DNA from: Minutocellus sp. GHC0000111
Taxonomy: Eukaryota
Reading direction: 5' to 3'
NCBI GenBank assembly: GCA_977018835.1
Contig: OZ361259.1
Span: forward strand, 4,216,001-4,280,000
DNA length: 64,000 nt
Shown: in pieces, positions 1 through 10,276 of the stretch
Layout of the letters: the number at the start of each line of letters is the position of its first letter
Position numbering within the stretch: the stretch's first letter is position 1
Translations under genes and position numbers: made by a program
The notes under the pieces: generated by a model
The model's input: only the letters and a program-made list of their open reading frames with translations
Database searches by the model: none
Told to the model about the DNA's origin: nothing

Positions 1-683
1 AAAGCTGGGGCTACCGATGAAAAAAATGGTGGGATTGGGATTGATGGGAAACTATCCAATGTGGAGGTTGAGGTCAAGAGACGAACGTGCTTCGTGGGAG
101 GAAGTGGTGGTGGTCGGAAGAGCAATACAAATGCGAACAATGACAACGGCGTATTGCTCAAGCGTCGTCATATCCAGCAGATGCTCGTCAGGGGAGATTG
201 CGTGGTGGTGATCTGGAGAGCAGACGAAGAGCGTTCGGCGTATCCACCGGCATCAGATTCCAACAACAGCGCAGCTCCAAAAGGGGGTGGCATGCCATCG
301 GCGGGGGCTCTCTTGGCGGCTCGGGCTTGGTCGGCGACAGGGAAGGAGGAGTTGAGATACAGAAATGATAAGCGTCTTCACTAACTTACTTTTGGGTTCT
401 CTTTCGCGATCTATATCATCGCTATCTAATGGCGTGCTTTTAATGCATTACATGTACATGTATTGAGATCTACATGTACGGCAATGACTTGCATGGTGGT
501 TCATACCGCGAGTGGCTGGCTGGGTGGCATGGAGCAATTCTTGCAAGGCGCAAGGCCGTCACGAAAATAACATTTCCAGGTCAATGGTATTTTCCATAAA
601 ATTCTGCGAAAACGCCAAGTCATCATGCCAATGCAGTCAGAAAAGGGCAGGTCACAACCCGAGCGTATTAGACGGCTTGACAA

Positions 684-1784
684 ATGACGGTTCAAACGCG
701 ACGAATGCGCCGCCTATCGCCCTCGGGGGGCAAGGCACCAATGGCGGAGGCAGTATCCTCCGACGATGAGCGAAGCGAGGGGTCGGGAGAGCACGAAATG
801 AGTGTGTCTTCGGCAGGAGCAGCTGCTGCTACTGCAGGGGGTCCCGCCACCACCCCATCCACGGCGAAGGGACCGACACCGCTGTCGGAGCACGGGGCTC
901 TTCCGTGGACGGGGGCGCTGGTATGGCCGCTCCTCTTGACGCTTCCGTTGGTGCTGTCGAATCCATTGAGCTTCACCTCCTACAGAGAAGTGTTCCCTTC
1001 GGACTGGTACGAGTACGATCCAGCCACCGACAAGCCCAAGCCGCTGGGACTCACTCTCGGCGTCCTTGCCGTGGCGGTCGGCCAGCTCTTTGTTCTGGCC
1101 TTCTTCTATCTGTATCGGCACCGATACCTGACACGTGGTGTCGAACCCATGCCCATCCAGTCCAAGGGTGCGCGCCCGTACGACTTTGCCGAGGGGGTGC
1201 AGACGCACCTGTCCCAGCCCGAGGGCTTCGTCCTGTTGGTGGCCTACCTCTCCGTCACGTGGATGCTCGACCTGATGCCCAAGTCCTACTACTCCTTCGA
1301 GGGGTCCATCCAGTGGGGCAGCCTGTTCGCCTGCCTCGTCATCCAGGACGGAATCCAGTACGCCATGCACATGCTCGAGCACCGTCTCAGTCCGACCATC
1401 TACCAAAAGTCGCACAAGCCCCACCACCGCTTCACCAACCCCCGCATGTTCGATGCCTTCAACGGATCGTTGGCCGATACCATCCTCATGATCCTCATTC
1501 CCCTGTACAGCACGGCCACCATCGTTCGGACCTGCAACGTCTGGACCTACATGGCCTTCGGGTCGATGTACGCCAACTGGCTGACCATGATCCACTCCGA
1601 ATACGCTCTGCCGTGGGACGGTGTGTTCCGATGGTTCGGACTGGGTACGGCCGGTGACCACCACGTCCATCACAAGGTGTTCAAGTACAACTTTGGCCAT
1701 CTGTTCATGTGGTTCGATATGCTGGGCGGAACGTACCGACGACCGGAGGCGTTTGCTCCCAAGCTCTTCAATGTCGGCGCATGA
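684..1784 (+). CDS. AltSQE: Alternative squalene epoxidase (fatty-acid hydroxylase superfamily)
   Basis: Intronless 366-aa ORF with hydrophobic segments and His boxes HMLEH, HKPHH and HHVHH. Segments such as WTGALVWPLLLTLPL, PKPLGLTLGVLAVAVGQ, QPEGFVLL, SHKPHHRFTNPRMFDAFNGS and FGHLFMWFD match my recollection of Phaeodactylum AltSQE. Confidence 0.88.
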   Translation: MTVQTRRMRRLSPSGGKAPMAEAVSSDDERSEGSGEHEMSVSSAGAAAATAGGPATTPSTAKGPTPLSEHGALPWTGALVWPLLLTLPLVLSNPLSFTSYREVFPSDWYEYDPATDKPKPLGLTLGVLAVAVGQLFVLAFFYLYRHRYLTRGVEPMPIQSKGARPYDFAEGVQTHLSQPEGFVLLVAYLSVTWMLDLMPKSYYSFEGSIQWGSLFACLVIQDGIQYAMHMLEHRLSPTIYQKSHKPHHRFTNPRMFDAFNGSLADTILMILIPLYSTATIVRTCNVWTYMAFGSMYANWLTMIHSEYALPWDGVFRWFGLGTAGDHHVHHKVFKYNFGHLFMWFDMLGGTYRRPEAFAPKLFNVGA

Positions 1785-1987
1785 TGATGCTGTGGAGGAT
1801 TATTGACCAGAGTACCGGCCACGGTGAAATGAGTGTTTAGATGTGCGAAAGCTAAGATACGTAAATGTCTTTTATGTGCCACAATGCACCTGTACCTTGA
1901 TATTAGCTTTATGTTTCGCTTACGAGTATATATATATACAGATTCTTCCAAGCGTGATCCGACTTCAAAGCAAACCCATCACCAAGT

Positions 1988-3685
1988 CTAGAACTCGCCA
2001 CCATTGACAAAATTGGTAATCATCTTGAGGGCCACTTCCGGCTGATCCGACGGCACCATGTGGCCAGCGTCGTAGACCTGAAGGAAGGTGAAGCCATTGG
2101 ACGTTCTGGCAAGACCAGACTTGTCGCCCCACTCGTGATCCTCGGCCTTGTTGAACTCTTCGGTGTGGTCCCAGTCCAACGTCAACGTCCAGGCACGGTT
2201 CCCCAGGTAGTTGCAGATGAAGTCGACATCACCGGCGTAGATGAGGACCGGGATGCCACCGTTCAGCATATCTCCAATATAGGGCGAGAAATCGTGCATC
2301 CAATCGCTGTGGAACTTCATGTTGATTCCCATGTTGCAGGATTCCCATTCGCCGGCCTTGTCGCTGACGTGAAGGGCCTGGCGGGTTGAGTCGAGATTCA
2401 TGAAAGTATTGACATTGCTGAAGTCGTAGCAGAGAGGAGGAGATTCGCACTTCTTGCGAATGTCGTATGGGTTGAGGCCGGACATTTGGTAGGGAGAGGT
2501 TTCGGCGGTATTGCACACGATGAAGGCGCTCTGGCACGCAAAGGAGTTGAGAACACTATCACCATCGTTACACTTGTTGATGAGTGCCTCGCAGGTAGGA
2601 ATGGCCGAGGTCATTGTGTTGTAGGTGTCCTTAGATACGGTCTTGATTCCGTGAGAGTTCTTGTATGCCATCTCAGCATACCACTTGTATTGCTCCGCAG
2701 GGTTGGTGAGACCATTGCCAACAGCCACACCACCAAGATTAATTTCGATCAAACCATCGGCCACATTCTTGTTCTCTTCGAACACCTTGTGGGCGATTGC
2801 CGGTGCGTAGTGACCACCATAGGATTCACCCACAACAAACAAGGGGTTGGCAGCATATTCGGGATGCTTCTTGTAGAATGCCTGGAGGAAGTAGTACGCA
2901 TCTTCCGAAACCATCTTCTCGTTCTTGTCGGTGGCTTCGCCGTACGAGTACCCCACGCCCGCCGGCTGGTCCAACCACAGGACGTGTCCAGCCTCCGTCC
3001 AGCTGCTCTCCCTAACAACGGTGGACTCACCACTCTGATCAACCGAGCAGGGTCCATTCTCCGTCAAAAGAGCCAGCGAGGAACTACATCCCGGACCGCC
3101 AGTCAGCCACACAATGAGAGGGATGTTGGATTTGTCCTCCATGCTCAGGGAGTCCGATCCACGCTTCTCGAAGAACCAAAAGAAGAGATGCTTGTTCTCT
3201 CCGTTCTTGTCGTACTCGGATCCCTTGACATTCATGTATCCCGAGAGGGAAAGAGGCGAGGAGGCATCGCAAAAGTCGGGATCGACGGGTCCATCGGTCA
3301 TCTCGAAGTTGAGTCCTGGAAGGAGCTCGTAGCTGCTGGTGCTGGTACCTTGGAGCGCTGCTTCGGAAGTACTGGCCTCATCATCGCCAGCGCCAGCCTC
3401 CTTCACCGCCGACGGTCCCTGGCAGGTAAACACGCCACTGGGCAAGCTGTTGGCCTGCTCCTGAGTGTAGCACGCCGAGGGAACGGCGGCGCATTCGCAC
3501 CAGAAGCACGAACTGGAGAGGCACGATTGCTGATTCGTCAGTCCATTGCAGTCTTCTTTGGTGGAGAGGGGGTGCGGAGAATCGGTGGCGTCGGTTCCGG
3601 CCCCACGGACGGTCGAGGCGGATACCAGCACGCTGGACGAGGCTACGGTTGCTCCCAGGATGAGGGATGCGAGGGAAAGCTTCAT
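1988..3685 (-). CDS. Secreted/vacuolar serine carboxypeptidase, peptidase S10 family
   Basis: Signal peptide, then WLTGGPGCSS, LDQPAGVGYSY, catalytic GESYGG, YAGDVDFICN and DAGHMVP motifs. Confidence 0.95.
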   Translation of the reverse strand: MKLSLASLILGATVASSSVLVSASTVRGAGTDATDSPHPLSTKEDCNGLTNQQSCLSSSCFWCECAAVPSACYTQEQANSLPSGVFTCQGPSAVKEAGAGDDEASTSEAALQGTSTSSYELLPGLNFEMTDGPVDPDFCDASSPLSLSGYMNVKGSEYDKNGENKHLFFWFFEKRGSDSLSMEDKSNIPLIVWLTGGPGCSSSLALLTENGPCSVDQSGESTVVRESSWTEAGHVLWLDQPAGVGYSYGEATDKNEKMVSEDAYYFLQAFYKKHPEYAANPLFVVGESYGGHYAPAIAHKVFEENKNVADGLIEINLGGVAVGNGLTNPAEQYKWYAEMAYKNSHGIKTVSKDTYNTMTSAIPTCEALINKCNDGDSVLNSFACQSAFIVCNTAETSPYQMSGLNPYDIRKKCESPPLCYDFSNVNTFMNLDSTRQALHVSDKAGEWESCNMGINMKFHSDWMHDFSPYIGDMLNGGIPVLIYAGDVDFICNYLGNRAWTLTLDWDHTEEFNKAEDHEWGDKSGLARTSNGFTFLQVYDAGHMVPSDQPEVALKMITNFVNGGEF

Positions 3686-4114
3686 GGTTGATGGCTACTG
3701 TATCGGAACAAAAGTATCCAAGATGTGACGTTTCGTGCGCGGGTTTTCTCGGCTCCTTCTTCATTCACTTTGGCGAGGAGAGCTCGTAGAAGATTTAACA
3801 GCGAATGGACCTCGCGCGCGCCTCTATCCTGCCTGGCCGGCCGCGGCCTCTCGATCTCGGCCGTCCACTTCTCTTGCTACCGCTACCCGCAACCCAACAC
3901 CGCTGGTCGGACTGCCACCTCCTCCTCCGCTTATCCATCTCGCGCACATTTCGTTAGATCCATTACTGGTGTGGTTGAAGGGCTCGAGAAGTCGTTTGGT
4001 TGATGTATCTACATACAATTGTATCTGAAGCCAATTAATTTGTATTAGTGCGTGGAGCTTCTCATTCGATCAGTCATCGTGGTGCGGCCCTCAAGTCATT
4101 CAACCCATTGAACC

Positions 4115-5632
4115 ATGTCGGACCAAACGGTGTACGCAGAGGCTCTGAGTGGCGCGGTGGCCCGAGCATTCTACGAAGACGAACATGCATTGCTCATTGA
4201 TACAATGATTCGCGACAAATACTTGAGAGACGACGACATGGGACCGCGCCTGTCGCTGCCCGCCAAACAGCTCCGTCGGGCTCTGCAGTTCCTCCAGGAC
4301 GAGCAGATTGTCAAGTTCGAGCTCGTCGACGATCTGCGGGAGGGTGGATCGCAAACCACCAAGTACTGGTACATCGACTACAACCACGCCGTCAACGTCA
4401 TTCGGCTGCGCATCTTCCTTCTCAAGAAGAAGCTCGAGCAGGCCGAGTTGCGTGCCCGGTCGTCCTCGGTGTATTTATGTCCGGGATACAAGGAGAAGCG
4501 CTGCAACGGCAAATACTCCGAGACCGAGGCGCAGCAGATTGTCGACACGGAGAACGGTCTCTTTCTGTGCCAGGAATGCTACAACGCCAACGAATCCAAC
4601 CCTGATGCGATACCCCGGGATGCCTACACCCTCCGTCTCATTGATAACACTCGAGACTTGAGGTTGGCCGTCGACAACGCCCGACGTGTCCACGTGCAGC
4701 TGAGTGGAAAGATAGTGGGCAACCAAGTTCTGCGACCGGGCATTTATGAGCTACTGCAAAAGGTCTGATCGAAGGGATCCGGTCCTCTCACCTCCAATCT
4801 TCCGTCGGAAAATATTGCTCTGGAGATCGGATCCAAGCGAATTGCCGGTACCGGTCGGACGGCTGGCATTCGGGCCAAGAAGCTGGAGAAGCAGGCCGCC
4901 GAGGCGGCAGCCAGAGGGGAAGGCGTTGGCGGAGGTCCCGGCGGAGCTGTTCGCCGCTACCTCAGTGGAAAGGGAGACGATGATTCCGATCTCAACTTCC
5001 TCAAGAATGCCATGGGTCAGGAGGTTGCCTTCCAGCTCGAGAAGGGCGGAGGAGCCCGGGCCAATTTGCTGGCCAAGAGTATGTCTGGCCAGCAACGGAG
5101 CAAGTTGCTCGACGCTGCGGCTAGTCGCGTGGGAATTGAGGTCGATCCCGAAATGGAACTTACATTGGGTCGGAAAAGGGCAAGGGAGAAGGCGGCGGCA
5201 GCGAGAGCAGGTCTGGGAGATGACGACGATGACGATGATAGCAGCGATAACGGTGAGGCAAATGGCAACTCGAAGAAGCGAGCCAGGAAGGATAGTAGCA
5301 TTGGCAAGAAAAAGAAGGCGGCAGTACAAACACTCGATTTTCTCATTGACAACATCGGAAGAGGCGTTACCGCAGACAGTGAGCGCTTTGGAAAAATCAA
5401 GGAGGACGACGAAGATTCGAATCCTGACGACAGCGACGATGAAGAAGCCAATTTCGTATTGGATGCGACGGATGAGTTCCGACGTCTTCCAGAGCAGGAG
5501 AGGAGAGTTCTCTTCATGGCACGATATCGAGAAGAATTGGCCAAGCAACTCAAATTACTGGCTGAAACTACTGCGTCATTTGGAATGGCTGGCGACGACG
5601 AAGATGATAGTATTGAGTGGGAGGAGGGTTAG
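4115..5632 (+). CDS. TFA1: Transcription initiation factor TFIIE alpha subunit; in-frame TGA at 4766-4768
   Basis: N-terminal winged helix (VARAFY...YWYIDYNHAVNVIRLR), zinc-ribbon cysteines (YLCP...C...FLCQEC) and acidic C-terminus ending DSIEWEEG. ORFs 4115-4768 and 5012-5632 share a frame, and the sequence reads through a single TGA (probably CGA>TGA). Confidence 0.85.
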
Positions 5633-6192
5633 CTAGCTAGTGTAAGATCTTTCTCCTTTTACAATATTTCCTAATGTGCGAGACTTTAGCCATATTCATC
5701 AACTAGTTTGGCCCGACATACATCTTTCGAGCTCTTCCTCGTCCGGTCTCCAGTATCACTCGTCGTTGTGACAATACGTCCAATCCAAGGAGTACGGCAG
5801 GGCCGTTGTACGGCGTAACGCCATCGCCGAGAAGCTGCGAGAAGACAAGCAGATCGCCAATACCAACTCGAACTTACTGGCTGAAACTACTGCGTCATTT
5901 GGAATGGCTGGCGACGACGAAGATGATAGTATTGAGTGGGAGGAGGGTTAGCTAGCTAGTGTAAGATCTTTCTCCTTTTACAATATTTCCTAATGTGCGA
6001 GACTTTAGCCATATTCATCAACTAGTTTGGCCCGACATACATCTTTCGAGCTCTTCCTCGTCCGGTCTCCAGTATCACTCGTCGTTGTGACAATACGTCC
6101 AATCCAAGGAGTACGGCAGGGCCGTTGTACGGCGTAACGCCATCGCCGAGAAGCTGCGAGAAGACAAGCAGATCGCCAATACCAACTCGAAC
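5555..6192. repeat. Direct tandem duplication, 2 x 319 bp, spanning the 3' ends of two convergent genes
   Basis: 5555-5873 is repeated at 5874-6192 (both start ttactggctgaaac and end ccaactcgaac). Junction microhomology caactc(a/g)aa. Confidence 0.95.
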
Positions 6193-7277
6193 CGAATCCC
6201 AAGGCTTAAAGCTTGGAGGCGGGTCTTCAAATTTCACTTGACCAGAGTTGTCTTTGGAGGCTTCGCCAACATAGGTAAATTGAAGCTCGTGTGTAGGGAG
6301 CATGAGTGGTCTACCATCGATTCCAATACCCATGATTGCAGGCGAGTTGCGATAAGCACTATCATCTTTCGGTGGCAAGCCCAAATACTTGGCAGCCGCC
6401 CAGTTTACACAAGAGAACGAGGCGCCACAGTCTAGAATCCCGACCACCGGCTGCTTCGAAGTTGCGGTGGTGGATGTAACTCGTATCCCTAAAAGTCCAG
6501 TCTCGTTCAAAACGGCATCAGGGACCATTACCAAACCTTTCTTACTTCCCTCCCCATTGGCGGTGCCTGGAGACCAGAGCCGCAGCCGGTTGTTTGAAAA
6601 GTCAAAGTCAGTATCAAATAGGTCCAACAGCTCCATGCCGAGCATACCCTCAACATTGTGCTTTGGATCGATGTGTTCCTGTGGGAAATCAGTGACAACC
6701 GCGTGAAGTGGGGGTAGATTCAATTTATCTTTTCCAGCGAATTCTCCACAGCACAGGGAAACTCCGTCCAATTCAATAAGTGCCTCGGAGCTGTCTCCTC
6801 CTGCTGAAAGCCCTCTCACAATGCCGCCACCTCGCTTGGGGTGATGCCGAGAGTTTCTTTTAGGTGCGGTGTTATCATTTCTGTGGTGAGACCTGAGTCG
6901 ACCATAAACTCGAACGGGCCTTGCCCATTCACCTTGAGCTGTACAACGACGTATTCTCGCCCAAATGCTTGTGGCGGGAGCTGGAGTCGAATCATCGGCA
7001 GATCGGCAATAGGAGTGGCCGTGGCTGCCAATGCAGGTGGAGACAGCCCAGCAGATTCTGCAATTAGAAACGGCACAGAGGTTCCAATAGCAAGGTTGGA
7101 TAGTGCCCCACGCCTCGATTGATGTGCATATCTTTTCAGGGATGATGCGGATCTTCGATGGATCTTTTCCGAATGGTGTGTCAGGGTGGTCGCTCTGCCC
7201 GAAGGCATAAATGCCGAGGCCAGAGGCGACAAGAGCAGGGAAAATAGTAATGATACGATGGCTGGAGGCTTCATCAT
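6022..7277 (-). CDS. Plastid-targeted retropepsin-like aspartyl protease, two DSG/DCG domains; 1-nt frameshift near 6840
   Basis: Signal peptide plus LASAFM motif; FMVDSGLTT...GMLGMELL and GILDCGASFS...LLGLDVL. ORFs 6816-7277 and 6022-7302 join if one base is restored in a C-run. Confidence 0.8.
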
Positions 7278-7284
7278 AGATGTA

Positions 7285-7336
7285 ACTGGTGCAGATTCTC
7301 AAATGTGTGTACTGGCGCAGATTCTCAAATGTGTGT
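7285..7336. repeat. 2 x 26-bp tandem duplication in the divergent promoter region
   Basis: actggtgcagattctcaaatgtgtgt / actggcgcagattctcaaatgtgtgt. Confidence 0.9.
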
Positions 7337-7498
7337 CATCTGCTCATCTTGGATGGAGATCTGCAGATCGGTCATCATGGCGATCGGTGCTTGAGAGCCC
7401 GGCGCCGAAAAAGCCTTCGGCAACAGGGTCCGGGTTCCTCATGCCGATGTGATCGTGATCGTGATGTGCCATTTTTCGTTTTATTTTCCAACGACAAA

Positions 7499-8731
7499 AT
7501 GGCCAAGAAGAAGACCAACCGTACGAGCCGCAGTAAAGGCTCGTCGAAGCCTCAAAACAATGAGCCGGCGGCGTCCTCACTCCCGTCCACCACTCTTCTC
7601 TCGTCTGTGTTCGTTGTCTTCGTGGCGATGGCACTAGCGGGTGGATACCACGTGGGACGAAGTGGTGTGGTCGGCAACCCCAATGACGCTCAGGAAACCA
7701 CCCACGCCACTGCAAATGCCAGTGCTAGTTCCTCAACCGCCACCACAACTGTGGTACCATCTGGTACCGAGATCAGCATCGCCATCTACCACGAGATTGG
7801 CGACAATGAGGAGGCGGAGCTGACCGAGAAGCAAAAATCTGATCTCATGACATACGTATCCTTCGATGACGGTTATGCTGCATGTTTGCAGAGCGATTCC
7901 GGCGGTGACAGCGACATGTTTGGCGTTCGGGCTTTGAAGAAGCTCAAGTACGACTTTTTGCAGCGTGTTGCAAACCGTAGGGACTTTTGGGTGGCGGAAG
8001 TACCTGCCAGGGCGGGCGCCAGCCAGCTTCTCGAGGCAGCGGAACACCTGCGAAGTATGTGCAGGCTATTGACGCTGACGCATGAAGATTATGAGGGCAG
8101 GACCAAGGCGGTGCTGCAGAAGGCCATGGACAAGGAAGACTTTCTCGACAACTTCTCGGTAAAATCTCAGGGCAACGCCCATGATTATAGAACTGCCGTG
8201 TGCCTGCATCGTTTCACTGATGGGGCATTTCATGCCAATGCTCTCACCAAGCAAGAAAAGGAGGCCAAGACGGCATTGACCAAGATCCGGTACGAATGGG
8301 CCAAGAATATTGCAGAACTCAAGAAGTTGGCTTTGGCTGAGCCACCTCGTCCCATGCCTGAAGGTTGGAGTGTGCACCGTGAGGAGGACAACGGCCATTT
8401 GTTCTACCAGAATAAGGCGACCGGCAAGACATCGTGGATTCGACCGGTGCCTGTATTCGGTGGCAAGGGCGTCATCGTTGATTTCCCTCCGCCGGCTAAG
8501 AATGGAAAGAGCGTTCTGGCGTCAACCATTGCAAGGAAGAAGCCCTGTCCCATCGAGGATACAATCGCCATACTGACTGGCGTTCCTTCTCCCAATGCCA
8601 CAAGCGAATCAAGCAACTCCAACTTGAAGGTTACTTCGAGTGGAGGCAAGAAGGGAGGAGGAATTGTTCCGGACTTAAAGGTGACAGCGACTGGAAGCGG
8701 CGGTGCGCAATTCAAGGTCACTCCGGCCTAA
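7499..8731 (+). CDS. Membrane-anchored WW-domain protein
   Basis: ATG at 7499; basic N-terminus, one TM helix (VFVVFVAMALAGG), WW domain PMPEGWSVHREEDNGHLFYQNKATGKTSWIRP. Confidence 0.75.
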   Translation: MAKKKTNRTSRSKGSSKPQNNEPAASSLPSTTLLSSVFVVFVAMALAGGYHVGRSGVVGNPNDAQETTHATANASASSSTATTTVVPSGTEISIAIYHEIGDNEEAELTEKQKSDLMTYVSFDDGYAACLQSDSGGDSDMFGVRALKKLKYDFLQRVANRRDFWVAEVPARAGASQLLEAAEHLRSMCRLLTLTHEDYEGRTKAVLQKAMDKEDFLDNFSVKSQGNAHDYRTAVCLHRFTDGAFHANALTKQEKEAKTALTKIRYEWAKNIAELKKLALAEPPRPMPEGWSVHREEDNGHLFYQNKATGKTSWIRPVPVFGGKGVIVDFPPPAKNGKSVLASTIARKKPCPIEDTIAILTGVPSPNATSESSNSNLKVTSSGGKKGGGIVPDLKVTATGSGGAQFKVTPA

Positions 8732-9026
8732 ATCCGCAGCTCTAGATGTAATTTTTCAGATGTTCTAATGTACAATTGTAGCAGCAATTACCGGTACATG
8801 CACGGTAGGAATTATTTGCCCATTTGCCTGCAGCATTCCTCGGATGATGAAAAGTAGGAGGAACTACTCCCCAAATTATTTGAGGCATTTTATCCAGAAA
8901 CTTCGATAGAGGAGTGTTGCAGTCTGGTCGTCGTCCTTCCTTGTAGCATTCGCCATCATCTTTCAGTAAAGTGACGAAGGAAGGAAGCGAAGGAGCTGAC
9001 TGTCGTAACCGATTATCAGTGGCCTC

Positions 9027-9887
9027 ATGAGGCCCTCACTTCTATCCCTGGCATCGATCCTTGCATCCGCGTCGGCCCGCAGTGGCAGTGGCTCTCTTTT
9101 CACATCTCGCGGCGGTAGTAGCGCAGCATCTACGGCAGCAGCCTTTCTGACTCTTTCGTCGTCGGCGAAGTTCCGAAGTACGGCACGTGCCGAGGCCATC
9201 GAAGTTAAAGACTATCCCGAAGACGGCAGAATGGACAATCAGACCTGCCTCAAGTCCTCGGCGGCGGACGAGTTTGATACGGAATATCCGGGCACGGTTG
9301 TGAAGAGGCTGCGTGCCGTCAGGGAACGTGTATCGCAGCTTACGGACGACGATTTGAATGGAAGATGGGTTGACGTTCGCCGTAAGCTGCTTTGGGCTGG
9401 CGGACTTCGCGACTTGTCCGGTGCGAGGCCTGGTGAGGGATATACAGGACATAGCTTTAATGACTGGAATCACGTCGACTTGACTTGTATGAACGACGGC
9501 AACAGCGATAATCAGAACGATTGCCGAGTAAAGGGCATTGCCGTGGGCAACTTTTTGGGTGAAGGCATTCGAGTTGCGAGTCTCCCGGAACTAGGACCAG
9601 GAGGAAGCTGGAGTACCTGCGCCCTCGGATGTAATCAGGACCCGCCTCAGGATGTTGCCCACCTTCAATTCAAGGCAAGAGTTGCCTTCAAGCTTGTCTG
9701 GGTGCCCAACGAGCAGTTCGATACATTTGTCTTGGTGGACGATGATGGCAATCTACTGGCACGTGGTACACCCAGCGATGGACCTGGAGGACTGCCACCG
9801 CTTCGCGAACGAGTTCAAAATTACCGCATTATGGAGGGATCGAAGTATTCTCGTGCCGCCGATGCCATTGTTGCCGAGTCCAAGTAG
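9027..9887 (+). CDS. Conserved algal protein of unknown function with signal peptide
   Basis: 286-aa ORF with coding-like composition, N-terminal signal, and conserved-looking motifs YTGHSFNDWNHVDLTCM and GGSWSTCALG. Confidence 0.7.
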   Translation: MRPSLLSLASILASASARSGSGSLFTSRGGSSAASTAAAFLTLSSSAKFRSTARAEAIEVKDYPEDGRMDNQTCLKSSAADEFDTEYPGTVVKRLRAVRERVSQLTDDDLNGRWVDVRRKLLWAGGLRDLSGARPGEGYTGHSFNDWNHVDLTCMNDGNSDNQNDCRVKGIAVGNFLGEGIRVASLPELGPGGSWSTCALGCNQDPPQDVAHLQFKARVAFKLVWVPNEQFDTFVLVDDDGNLLARGTPSDGPGGLPPLRERVQNYRIMEGSKYSRAADAIVAESK

Positions 9888-10186
9888 ATCTAGACGTCGA
9901 GAAGGGCGGAAAAAGTCGTCAGGCCTTTTGGTGGTACCTTGTCAAAAACATGCACTTACTGTACTAAACTAGAAAACGCGATCTTCTTTTTAAAGCTGAA
10001 ATAAAACGATAAAAGAGTGAATGAATGGAATTTCGATACAGGTATCTAACGCGCATTGGATGTATCGCAAGTGCTTTGTCCCACCAACAGCTCAGTCAGT
10101 TTTACGGGGATTCCCTGATATTGAAATATACTCCCGCTACAAATTCAAAAGCTTCCGATGGTTCCAGCTCATTTCTCAATTATCTC

Positions 10187-10230
10187 CACGTCTGCCACGT
10201 CTCCACACGTCTCCACACGTCTCCACGTCT
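10187..10230. promoter_or_regulatory. Five clustered CACGTCT (ACGT-core) motifs about 50 bp upstream of the S49 peptidase start
   Basis: Copies at 10187, 10196, 10206, 10216 and 10224. A regulatory role is inferred only. Confidence 0.4.
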
Positions 10231-10276
10231 CCATCCCTCTGACCAGTCAGCAGTTAAAAGAGAGGCAAATATCAAC

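Noticed and set aside
1..500. Short ORFs at the window start
   Set aside because: No recognisable motif or consistent frame; possibly the 5' part of a gene running off the edge, but not supportable.
714..3691. Long antisense or alternative-frame ORFs (e.g. 714-1700, 2486-3691; similarly 37285-38532, 52732-53557)
   Set aside because: Shadows of GC3-rich genes on the opposite strand, with no domain signatures.
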